Source of the DNA: Acutalibacteraceae bacterium
Lineage (GTDB): Bacteria > Bacillota > Clostridia > Oscillospirales > Acutalibacteraceae
Assembly (NCBI GenBank): GCA_045616765.1
Contig: JAZLHL010000012.1
Location: forward strand, 1,756-65,755
Reading direction: 5' to 3'
DNA: 64,000 nt
Shown: piece after piece, positions 9,074-17,413 of the stretch
Layout: each line of letters begins with the position of its first letter
Position numbering within the stretch: position 1 is the stretch's first letter
Program-made: the position numbers and the translations under genes
Notes under the pieces: model-generated
Seen by the model: the letters and a program-made list of their open reading frames with translations, nothing else
Database searches by the model: none
Told to the model about the DNA's origin: nothing

Positions 9074-10150
9074 TTACCTTTTAACGCGCGCGTTGCCGTT
9101 CCAGATACTCCATATCTGTTCCTCATCGGCAGGCTGCGCATAGTCCGTAAGGAATGTGGTGGCAAGTGCGCCGGAAGCCCAGCCGAACTGAATCTGCTTT
9201 TCGGCTGACCACCCCTTGAGAACGGCGTAGAGAAGACCGCCCACAAAGCCGTCACCGCCGCCGATTCTGTCAAGCACGGTGATTTCGCGCGGCTCAACGA
9301 CCTGCCACTCATCGCCCGCAAGCATAATGGCACCCCAGAGGTGGCAATTTACGCTCTTGACCTGACGAAGCGTGGTGGCGAATACCGATGTATCGGGAAA
9401 TTCCTTTTTTACTCTTGTGATCATCTCTTTAAAGGAGTCGATTTTTGAAGCGAGATCCTTGCCGCCCGCTTCGGGACCTTTTATGCCGAGCGCAAGCTGG
9501 AAATCCTCCTCGTTGCCGACGAGAATATCCGCAACAGATGCGATTTCGGTGAATATCTCACGAAGCTCCTGCTCCCTGCCCTCCCAGAAAGTAGCGCGGT
9601 AGTTTAGGTCGAAAGAAATAACCGTACCGTACTTCTTTGCGGCTCTTGCAAGCTCAAGGCAGAAAATGCTCGTTTCGTGCGAAAGTGCGCAGACAAGTCC
9701 GCTCATGTGCAGGATCTGCACGCCCTCGGTACCGAAAATGCGGTCGAGGTCAAAATCATTTATATTGAGTGTTCTGCCGACCTCGCCCGCTCTGTCATTG
9801 TGAACGCGCGGGCCTCTTGAGCCGTAGCCGGAATCGGCAATATTGAACTGATGACGGTAGCCCCACGGTCCGCCCTGCGGTACATCCTTACCCTCAAATT
9901 CCATATTTCTTGAACGCAGGTCGGATTTTATGAACTGCGCTATGGGGCTGCCCTCAACGAATGTGGTAAGCACCTTTACGGGCAGACCGAGGTATGACGA
10001 AATGCTTGCAACATTTGTTTCGGCAGAGGTCGCCTGCATAAAGAACATATTTGAAGCCGCTACGGGCTGACCGCTCTGCGGACAGATGCGAACACCCATA
10101 CTTGTGGGCACTACAAGTGCGTATTTGCAATTTTCTTTTAACTGTTTCAT
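9074..10150 (-). CDS. PfkB-family sugar(-acid) kinase (KdgK-like)
   Basis: The 358-aa product has a C-terminal DRIGGGDGFVGGLLY, the PfkB ATP/anion-hole motif. An AAGGAG RBS is present. Confidence 0.85.
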   Translation of the reverse strand: MKQLKENCKYALVVPTSMGVRICPQSGQPVAASNMFFMQATSAETNVASISSYLGLPVKVLTTFVEGSPIAQFIKSDLRSRNMEFEGKDVPQGGPWGYRHQFNIADSGYGSRGPRVHNDRAGEVGRTLNINDFDLDRIFGTEGVQILHMSGLVCALSHETSIFCLELARAAKKYGTVISFDLNYRATFWEGREQELREIFTEIASVADILVGNEEDFQLALGIKGPEAGGKDLASKIDSFKEMITRVKKEFPDTSVFATTLRQVKSVNCHLWGAIMLAGDEWQVVEPREITVLDRIGGGDGFVGGLLYAVLKGWSAEKQIQFGWASGALATTFLTDYAQPADEEQIWSIWNGNARVKR

Positions 10151-10161
10151 ATCAATACTCC

Positions 10162-11613
10162 TTATGCATTATACTGTGTAGCTGCGGTGTCGCCGCCCTC
10201 GCCCGTCCAGTTGGTGTGGAAGAATTTGCCGCGCTCGCAGTCAACTCTTTCGTATGTGTGTGCGCCGAAATAGTCGCGCTGTGCCTGCAGAAGATTTGCG
10301 GGAAGTCTGTCGCAGCGGTAGCCGTCAAAATATGAAAGTGCGCTTGTCATAGCGGGTGCGGGAATGCCGCAGCTTATAGCCGCCGCGCAAACTCTGCGCC
10401 AGCCTGCCGATGCTTTCTGCACCTTCTCGGCAAAGAACGGGTCAAGCAGCAGGTTTGAAAGCTCGGGGTTTTTGTCGAAAGCCTCTTTTATCTTGCCGAG
10501 GAACACGCTTCTTATAATGCAGCCGCCGCGCCACATAAGCGCGATTCCGCCGTAGTTGAGATTCCAGCCGTAAGTTTTTGCGGCGGTGCGCATAAGCGTG
10601 TAGCCCTGAGCGTACGAAACGATTTTTGAAGCATAAAGAGCGTCTTTAAGGTCATTTATAAACTGCTTTTTGTCGCCATTGAATTCGCCTGCCGAAGTAC
10701 CGAGCACTTTCGAGGCATTTACGCGTTCCTCTTTCATTGCGGAAAGGCATCTTGCGAACACGGCTTCGCCTATAAGCGTAAGCGGAACGCCCTCATCGAG
10801 AGCGGCAATGCCCGTCCATTTGCCCGTACCCTTCTGACCTGCGGTATCAAGTATTTTTTCAACTATCGGCTTGCCGTCGGTATCCTTATAGGCAAGAATA
10901 TCTCGGGTGATTTCAATAAGGTAACTGTCGAGCTCGCCCTCGTTCCACTCTGCGAATACCTCGTGCATCTCGTCGTCATTAAGACCTACAACCGATTTCA
11001 TAAAGTGGTATGCTTCGCAGATAAGCTGCATATCGCCGTACTCGATGCCGTTATGCACCATTTTCACAAAATGGCCCGCACCGTTTTCGCCGACCCAGTC
11101 GCAGCAGGGAGTGCCGTCCTCGACCTTGGCGCAGATAGCCTGCAATATGGGCTTAACGCTTTCCCAAGCCTTCGGTGAGCCGCCGGGCATCATAGAGGGA
11201 CCGTGCAGAGCGCCCTCCTCACCACCGGAAACGCCCGTGCCGATATAAAGCTTGCCCTTGCTTTCGACATAAGCCGTTCTTCTTGCGGTATCGGGGAAAT
11301 GCGAGTTGCCGCCGTCAATGATTATATCACCGTCATCAAGCAGAGGCAGAAGCTGTTCGATCATATCGTCAACAGCGGAGCCCGCTTTTATCATCATCAT
11401 TACCTTGCGCGGCTTTTCGAGTGAAGCAACAAGCTCTTCAAGTGAATGTGTGCCCACAATGTTTTTGCCTGCGGCTCTGCCGGCAATGAATTTATCGACC
11501 TTTTCGGTAGTGCGGTTATAAACGGAAACGGTAAAGCCCTTGCTTTCCATATTTATAACAAGGTTTTCGCCCATAACGGCAAGTCCGATAAGACCTATAT
11601 CTGATTTTTTCAT
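10162..11613 (-). CDS. gnd: 6-phosphogluconate dehydrogenase, decarboxylating
   Basis: The product begins MKKSDIGLIGLAVMGENLVINM and contains ...GGNSHF...GHFVKMVHNGIEYGDMQLI. The start was trimmed to ATG 11613, which has a GGAGGT RBS. Confidence 0.95.
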   Translation of the reverse strand: MKKSDIGLIGLAVMGENLVINMESKGFTVSVYNRTTEKVDKFIAGRAAGKNIVGTHSLEELVASLEKPRKVMMMIKAGSAVDDMIEQLLPLLDDGDIIIDGGNSHFPDTARRTAYVESKGKLYIGTGVSGGEEGALHGPSMMPGGSPKAWESVKPILQAICAKVEDGTPCCDWVGENGAGHFVKMVHNGIEYGDMQLICEAYHFMKSVVGLNDDEMHEVFAEWNEGELDSYLIEITRDILAYKDTDGKPIVEKILDTAGQKGTGKWTGIAALDEGVPLTLIGEAVFARCLSAMKEERVNASKVLGTSAGEFNGDKKQFINDLKDALYASKIVSYAQGYTLMRTAAKTYGWNLNYGGIALMWRGGCIIRSVFLGKIKEAFDKNPELSNLLLDPFFAEKVQKASAGWRRVCAAAISCGIPAPAMTSALSYFDGYRCDRLPANLLQAQRDYFGAHTYERVDCERGKFFHTNWTGEGGDTAATQYNA

Positions 11614-11639
11614 ATATATTACCTCCGAATAATATTCAA

Positions 11640-12899
11640 TTACACATCCCACAGACCGAGTGCGGGGTTGCTTATATAGTAAATTTCTTCACCGTTAACG
11701 GTGTTGAAGCCGTCTTTAAGAACTGCCGGGTCATAAACCGCCGCGACCTCGTCATAAGGCTTCCAGCCGAAGTTCACGCCCTCGACTTCTTCTTTTGTAA
11801 CGAGCTTTGTGCAGTAGGTTATGTTGAATCTGCCGTCAGACGAGCCGTGAATGAGGTGCGCCGCAACGGAAAGATTATCTTTCAGCTCCTGCTCGGTTTC
11901 AACAAGCTCGAGAACCTTTTCCCTGCCGACATAACCGTATTTTCTTATGAGTCTGTCGTTTTCGTCATCCTCGCCGAATTTTTTAACGCCGGGCGCGAGC
12001 ACTATCAGCTCGCCGCCGTCCGCTATGGCAAGGCGCGTTCTGTAAACGGCTTTGTTGCCGAGCCACGTGCTCTTGAATTCGCGTGCATCAAGATTTACAA
12101 CGACCTTTTTAAGCTGCTTGCCCGTGTAAATGAGATTTGTTTGCCGGCTCTTTTTAACCGCCATTTCAAAAAGCTCGCGCTTTCTGCCGATATACACATC
12201 GTGAATAAGCGTTTCATCGCCCTTGTTGGTGGTAACGGTGAGCACATACATAAGCGGAATGTCGCTTATAAAATTCTCCTCGGCATAGTCAAAAACCTTT
12301 CTGACGGGCGAAAAATCCCTGCCCATAATGCGTTCAAGCCCGTAAAATGCGCCGAGCATATGCGATGAATTTATCATACTGCTGCCGCCGCAGCCGACAA
12401 ATATGTTTTTTGAGTAGTTCGCCATACCCACGACCTCGTGCGGCACGACCTGACCTATTGAAATAATAAGGTCATAGGATTTATCGGTAAGGCGCTTATT
12501 GACCTCAACATCTATTTTTTCATTTACCAGTCCCTCTGAAACGCCGCTGACAAACTCCGCAGGTACCTCACCGAGCTTTACAACATCGGTTTTCCAGTTG
12601 TGGACTATCATTTTATCAAACGGAACATCTTCAGAAAAAAACGCGAGCCACTCCTGCTTTGTCATCGGCTCGTGTGTGCCGAGCGCGGGCATAATGTCGA
12701 TTTCGCATTGATCTTTAAGAAGATTATAGTACATCCGCGTGATTTTACCCGCGCCGGAATACATCCTTGTATAATCCGGAGGCAAAATCAGAATTTTATT
12801 GAGCTTTTTACCCTCAACCGACTTTTTCACAAGCTCGAAAAGCTCGGCATCGGATATTACGCCGCTGCTTTCAATATACAAAAGCATCACCTTTTTCAA
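11640..12899 (-). CDS. LarA-like (lactate racemase superfamily, DUF2088) putative nickel-pincer-dependent hydroxyacid racemase/epimerase
   Basis: By-eye alignment with L. plantarum LarA, recalled from memory. ALGTHEP aligns with ATGFHRP. VVPHEVVGMANYSKN aligns with IESHFFAGFSGGRKS, with the His and tethering Lys kept. INSSHM aligns with MANHSG. The start is uncertain (TTG 12899 or ATG 12887). Confidence 0.7.
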   Translation of the reverse strand: MKKVMLLYIESSGVISDAELFELVKKSVEGKKLNKILILPPDYTRMYSGAGKITRMYYNLLKDQCEIDIMPALGTHEPMTKQEWLAFFSEDVPFDKMIVHNWKTDVVKLGEVPAEFVSGVSEGLVNEKIDVEVNKRLTDKSYDLIISIGQVVPHEVVGMANYSKNIFVGCGGSSMINSSHMLGAFYGLERIMGRDFSPVRKVFDYAEENFISDIPLMYVLTVTTNKGDETLIHDVYIGRKRELFEMAVKKSRQTNLIYTGKQLKKVVVNLDAREFKSTWLGNKAVYRTRLAIADGGELIVLAPGVKKFGEDDENDRLIRKYGYVGREKVLELVETEQELKDNLSVAAHLIHGSSDGRFNITYCTKLVTKEEVEGVNFGWKPYDEVAAVYDPAVLKDGFNTVNGEEIYYISNPALGLWDV

Positions 12900-13062
12900 G
12901 TTATTTTCTTACACAGTAATTCTATTGCAAACCGCGGCAAAAGTCAATTCATAATGTTCATTTTACCGTATTATGTTTCAAATATATTTCAACGAATTAT
13001 TGAAATACTCTGCGCGGTGTGCTAATATTAAAGCCGTAATTACATTATAAGGGGTGCTGTAT

Positions 13063-14460
13063 ATGAAAAAATTTATGGATAAGGATTTTCTGCTTTCCAC
13101 GGAAACGGCAAAAAAGCTTTATGCCGCCTGTGAAAATGAGCCGATTTTTGACTGGCACTGTCACCTTTCACCCAAAGAGATTTACGAAAATAAAGAGCCT
13201 GAGGATATTGCATACCTGTGGCTTGCGGGCGACCATTACAAATGGCGTGCCGAAAGAAGCTGCGGTGTAAGCGAAAAATACATAACCGGCGATGCGACAC
13301 CGTACGAAAAATTCAAAGCGTGGGCAGAGGTTATGCCGAACCTTATCGGCAACCCCCTTTACCATTGGACTCACCTTGAATTGCAGCGTTATTTCGGTAT
13401 TTACGAGCCCCTTTCACCTGCCACTTGCGATAAGATATGGAACGAGGCAAACGCAAAAATCAAGGCGGGCGGCTTCAAGCCCCGCGAAATAATCGAAAAA
13501 AGCAATGTTAAATTCGTATGCACCACCGACGATGCCGCCGACACGCTTGAGTACCACAAGCTAATTGCCGCCGACGAAAGCTTCAAATGCAAGGTGCTGC
13601 CTGCATTCCGTCCCGACAAGGCACTTGCAATAGAGGCTGATGCCTACCTCCCGTGGCTCGCTTCACTCGAAAAGGTGTGCGGCACAAAAATCGCAAGCTT
13701 CACCGAGCTTAAAAGTGCTATGCTTTCGCGCATAAATTTCTTTGCCGAAATGGGCTGCAGAGCCGCCGACCACGGCATTATGTCAGTGCCGTACGCGCGC
13801 GCCGATGAAAACGGACTTAACGCGATATTCGCAAAACGCCTCAACGGCGAAGCACTTACCGAAACGGAAGCGGATGCTTACAAAACAGAGCTTTTACTGT
13901 TCCTTGCAAACGAATACGCGGAGCGCGGCTGGGGTATGGAAATTCACATAGGCCCCATGCGCAACAACAATACACCTATGTTCCGCAAGCTCGGTCCCGA
14001 TGCAGGTTACGATTCAATCTGCGACCGCGGTATCGCCGAAAATCTTTCAAGGCTGCTTGATGCAATGCTCACCGACTACAAGCTGCCGAAGGTAGTGCTT
14101 TTCTGCCTCAACCCCAAGGATAATTATGTGCTCGGCACAATGCTCGGCAACTTCCAGAGCGATGAAGCCGAATCGAAAATCCAGTTCGGCTCCGCCTGGT
14201 GGTTCAATGACAATTACGACGGAATGAGAACACAGATGCAGACTCTTATGAATCTCGGCGCGATTTCAAAATTCGTGGGTATGATAACCGATTCAAGAAG
14301 CTTTCTTTCATACACGCGCCACGAGTATTTCCGCAGAATACTGTGCGAGCTTTTAGGCGACCTTGTTGAAGAGGGCAAATACCCCGATGATATTGAGTTC
14401 CTTTCCAAAGTTGTCAAGGATATTTCGTTCAACAATGCCGTAAAATATTTCGGCGTATAA
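13063..14460 (+). CDS. uxaC: Glucuronate isomerase
   Basis: The product begins MKKFMDKDFLLSTETAKKLY...PIFDWHCHLSPKEIYEN, the hallmark UxaC N-terminus. ATG 13063 lies after an AAGGGG RBS, so the track GTG at 13054 is unlikely. Confidence 0.95.
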   Translation: MKKFMDKDFLLSTETAKKLYAACENEPIFDWHCHLSPKEIYENKEPEDIAYLWLAGDHYKWRAERSCGVSEKYITGDATPYEKFKAWAEVMPNLIGNPLYHWTHLELQRYFGIYEPLSPATCDKIWNEANAKIKAGGFKPREIIEKSNVKFVCTTDDAADTLEYHKLIAADESFKCKVLPAFRPDKALAIEADAYLPWLASLEKVCGTKIASFTELKSAMLSRINFFAEMGCRAADHGIMSVPYARADENGLNAIFAKRLNGEALTETEADAYKTELLLFLANEYAERGWGMEIHIGPMRNNNTPMFRKLGPDAGYDSICDRGIAENLSRLLDAMLTDYKLPKVVLFCLNPKDNYVLGTMLGNFQSDEAESKIQFGSAWWFNDNYDGMRTQMQTLMNLGAISKFVGMITDSRSFLSYTRHEYFRRILCELLGDLVEEGKYPDDIEFLSKVVKDISFNNAVKYFGV

Positions 14461-14481
14461 AATAAACAGAGAGGTATTTTT

Positions 14482-16206
14482 ATGAAAAAGTGTTTAGCTG
14501 TAATACTTTCACTTGTAATGCTCACCGGCATACTTTCGGTTGCCGCTTCGGCACAGGGCACGGATTACGATGTTTCGTTTGCGGTTGCGTCAGACCTGCA
14601 CTTCTGCCTGCCCGAGGAAAGCCTTGAATGGTATTCCGAGGATCCGGTTTTCGGCTATGCGAACAGACGCGCCGCCATGGAAAACGAAAGCGGACTGATT
14701 ATCGACGAATTTCTCAGGCAGTGCGCCGAGGCAGACGATGTTGAATTCGTGCTTATTTCCGGCGATATTGTAAACGACGGCAGAACCGTGCTTGAACAGC
14801 ACGAGATCATGGCGCAGAAGCTTGCCGATTTTGAGGATGAAACAGGTAAGCAGGTCTATGTTATAGACGGCAACCACGATATGGGCATATACGGCGAGGG
14901 CACCTGCGTTTTCGGCGTTGAACAGTGGAAGCAGATGTATGCACGCTTCGGCTATGACGAGGCACTCACCGTGCGCGATGACGACTGCTCATATACCGCC
15001 GACCTCGGTGAAAAATACCGTCTTATCGCACTCGACAGCTGCAACCAGAAGGAATCCACCGAAGACGGTATGACACTTGATAAAATCAACTGGGTGCTCG
15101 ATCAGGCAAAGCTCGCAAAGCAGGCGGGCAGGCAGCCCGTACTTATGATGCACCACAACCTGCTCGACCATCTTCCCTTCCAGAGAATTTTATCAAGAAA
15201 TTTCATAGTTAAATTTCATTATTCGACCGCAGAGTTTTTTGCGGATGCAGGCATAAAGCTTGTATTCACGGGTCACGAGCATTGCTCGGATGCCACATCG
15301 TTCACAAGCGGCTACGGCAACACCATTTACGATTTCGCCACTACCTCGCTCACAATGTACCCCCTGCAGTACCGCGTGTTCAATATGAATGATGATGAAA
15401 TCAAGTACGAAGCACGCACCGTAGATAAAATCGACACCGCGGCACTCAAGGCACTTGTGCCCGATTATACCGATGAACAGCTCGCCGCCATGGATGCAGG
15501 GCTTAACGATTTTGCCAAGGAATACCTGAAAAACGGCGTTGAATACAGACTTGAACTGTCAATGTCGGAAGAAAAGCTCGGCGTTTCGCCCGACAGTATT
15601 TTCTACAATCTTGTTATGACGGCTGTGGGCGGTCTGCTTGATATATGCAATATGCCCATCAACGGCGAGGGCGGCTCACGCGAGCTTGCCGCACAGTACG
15701 GCTTTGAAATCCCCGAGTGCGATTACAAGGACGGCTGGGACCTTGCCACGGAGCTTGTAGCCGCGCACTACGGCGGCAGCGAAGCATTTATGCTTGACAG
15801 CACCGAAATAAAAACACTGTTAAGACTTGTGGTACTCATTCTCAGAACTGACTTTGCCGCTATTGCAGACAATACTCTGCTTGCCGCAGGCAATGCAATG
15901 TTTGAACATTTCGGTCTTGCCCCCGTCGCCGACAAAATCACCCGTATGGCTTGCGAGGAATTCGGCGCAATAAACAATGCCGATTACTTCATCCTTTCGG
16001 TCATTTCGCCGCTGCTTGTAAGCTTTGCGTGCGATGACGAAGTGGATGACAACAACGGCGTTTTAGAGGGCTACGGCGCGGTCGAAATCGAGGAAACGCC
16101 CGATTACGGCTACCCTGAAAGCATAAACAGCTTTATAGCTCTAATCGAAAAGATTCTTCACTACATTTCAAGAATATTTGATGCGTTTGATGCACTTATG
16201 AAATAA
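14482..16206 (+). CDS. Exported calcineurin-like metallophosphoesterase
   Basis: The signal peptide is MKKCLAVILSLVMLTGILSVAASA. Metallophosphoesterase motifs are present: SDLHF, SGDIVNDG, GNHD, MMHHNL, GHEH. The C-terminal tail is amphipathic (ALIEKILHYISRIF). Confidence 0.8.
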   Translation: MKKCLAVILSLVMLTGILSVAASAQGTDYDVSFAVASDLHFCLPEESLEWYSEDPVFGYANRRAAMENESGLIIDEFLRQCAEADDVEFVLISGDIVNDGRTVLEQHEIMAQKLADFEDETGKQVYVIDGNHDMGIYGEGTCVFGVEQWKQMYARFGYDEALTVRDDDCSYTADLGEKYRLIALDSCNQKESTEDGMTLDKINWVLDQAKLAKQAGRQPVLMMHHNLLDHLPFQRILSRNFIVKFHYSTAEFFADAGIKLVFTGHEHCSDATSFTSGYGNTIYDFATTSLTMYPLQYRVFNMNDDEIKYEARTVDKIDTAALKALVPDYTDEQLAAMDAGLNDFAKEYLKNGVEYRLELSMSEEKLGVSPDSIFYNLVMTAVGGLLDICNMPINGEGGSRELAAQYGFEIPECDYKDGWDLATELVAAHYGGSEAFMLDSTEIKTLLRLVVLILRTDFAAIADNTLLAAGNAMFEHFGLAPVADKITRMACEEFGAINNADYFILSVISPLLVSFACDDEVDDNNGVLEGYGAVEIEETPDYGYPESINSFIALIEKILHYISRIFDAFDALMK

Positions 16207-16292
16207 ACTGCAAAGCAAACAACATCCGCCCCGCATTCGGCGCGTGTTGATAAAGACGTTTTTCAATGTGTCTTGTTACGCGCCGAAAACGA

Positions 16293-16461
16293 AATAAATC
16301 CCCGGCGGGATTTGTGAAATGCGCTTCGCGCGTGAAATTGCCCTTCGGACAGTGAAATGCCTGCGGGCGTAAGTGGATTTATTTCATTTCACATTGCGAA
16401 GCAATATTTCACAATCTGCGAAGCAGATTATTTCACATTTGCCGCAAGGCAAATATTTCAC
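16293..16461. repeat. Array of 7-mer GTGAAAT (x3) and inverted ATTTCAC (x4), each followed by a short GC hairpin
   Basis: GTGAAAT occurs at 16314, 16332 and 16352. ATTTCAC occurs at 16386, 16406, 16430 and 16455. Intervening hairpins include ATTGC-GAA-GCAAT and AATCTGC-GAA-GCAGATT. Confidence 0.7.
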
Positions 16462-16536
16462 TTCTCGGAAACTATACATAATTTCAATTATATATAGTTT
16501 CCCTGCTTGCAATGGTGCGGGACATATACAAACGAA

Positions 16537-16580
16537 AACCTGCTGAAAAGGATTTCCCTTCTCAGCAGGTGCTTTTTTAC
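16537..16580 (+). terminator. Intrinsic terminator-like hairpin inside the MITE-like element
   Basis: CCTGCTGA-loop-TCAGCAGG followed by GCTTTTTT. Confidence 0.5.
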
Positions 16581-16654
16581 ACAAAAACCGCCTTATCAAC
16601 CCGTAGCATTCAGCGAGGCGGATGTTGTTATATTTGGACTCTTGTAACGCACGA

Positions 16655-16699
16655 AATACAATATTTTGTATTGCTATTTGTTATACAATGGTGTATAAT
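16655..16699 (+). promoter_or_regulatory. relBE promoter with an upstream palindromic operator
   Basis: The palindrome AATACAA-TATT-TTGTATT lies at 16655-16672. The promoter is TTGCTA (16671-16676), a 17-nt spacer, then TATAAT (16694-16699). Confidence 0.5.
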
Positions 16700-16721
16700 A
16701 TGCTTGAATGGAGATGATATT

Positions 16722-17021
16722 ATGGCATCCAAAACAGCAAATGTACTCGCAAGGGTAGAACCGGATGTTAAAGTTCAAGCCGAAAATATTCTTGAAACAC
16801 TCGGTGTTCCGACATCCGTGCTCATAAATATGCTGTATAAACAAATCATTTTAACAAAAAGCATACCCTTTTCTCTGTCAGTTCCGTATATGCCTGCGGC
16901 AAGAGACGAGATGGATTCCGAGGCTTTTGATAAAATGATGGAACAAGGCTTGTCTGAAGCAAATGCAAAATCCGGTAAACCTGCCGCAGAGGTATTTAAT
17001 AATTTAATGCAGGAAATATGA
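16722..17021 (+). CDS. relB: Type II antitoxin, RelB/DinJ family
   Basis: The product begins MASKTANVLARVEPDVKVQAENILETLGVPTSVLINMLYKQII, typical of DinJ/RelB ribbon-helix-helix antitoxins. ATG 16722 follows a GGAGA RBS. Confidence 0.85.
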   Translation: MASKTANVLARVEPDVKVQAENILETLGVPTSVLINMLYKQIILTKSIPFSLSVPYMPAARDEMDSEAFDKMMEQGLSEANAKSGKPAAEVFNNLMQEI

Positions 17022-17022
17022 T

Positions 17023-17352
17023 ATGGCGAAAGAATATAAAACAATAATTACTCCGCAGGCGCAGCAGCAGTTAATGGCGATAAAAGATTACATCTTTTTT
17101 GAACTCAAATCTCCCGCCGCGGCAAAAAATACACTTTCCGCATTAAAAACCGCAATTGAATCACTCGACCGTATGCCTGACCGTATTCCGCTTACAGATG
17201 AAAAAAAGTGGCGCGAAAAAGGCGTACATAAAATGCCGGTGAAAAATTTTCTTATATATTTTACCGTTAATGAGGAAAACTGCACGGTATATGTTATTGC
17301 GGTTGTATATGCTCGCAGAGATCAGAAAACAGCTCTGACAGAAACAGTTTAA
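17023..17352 (+). CDS. relE: Type II toxin, RelE/ParE family
   Basis: The 109-aa product starts 1 nt after the antitoxin stop. The segment ...IYFTVNEENCTVYVIAVVYARRD is typical of RelE/ParE C-terminal strands. Confidence 0.85.
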   Translation: MAKEYKTIITPQAQQQLMAIKDYIFFELKSPAAAKNTLSALKTAIESLDRMPDRIPLTDEKKWREKGVHKMPVKNFLIYFTVNEENCTVYVIAVVYARRDQKTALTETV

Positions 17353-17360
17353 TAAAAAGC

Positions 17361-17385
17361 AACGCGGTTCGCACTGAACCGCGTT
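17361..17385. terminator. Bidirectional terminator between relE and the convergent transporter gene
   Basis: AACGCGGTTC-GCACT-GAACCGCGTT. The T-run is on the minus-strand side. Confidence 0.7.
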
Positions 17386-17413
17386 TACTTATATCTGAAA
17401 ACCGAAAGCTATT

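Larger units (their letters stand above)
16218..16629. mobile_element. MITE-like non-coding element with 13-bp perfect terminal inverted repeats
   Basis: AACAACATCCGCC (16218-16230) is matched by GGCGGATGTTGTT (16617-16629). The arms stay similar for about 45 nt. The interior is made of GTGAAAT/ATTTCAC units separated by GCGAAGC-type mini-hairpins. No transposase is present. Confidence 0.5.

Noticed and set aside
16293-16461. Possible CRISPR array, because of regularly spaced GTGAAAT repeats
   Set aside because: The repeats are only 7 nt and the 'spacers' are 11-17-nt hairpins. The two halves are inverted copies of each other. There are no cas genes. It fits a palindromic MITE-like element instead.
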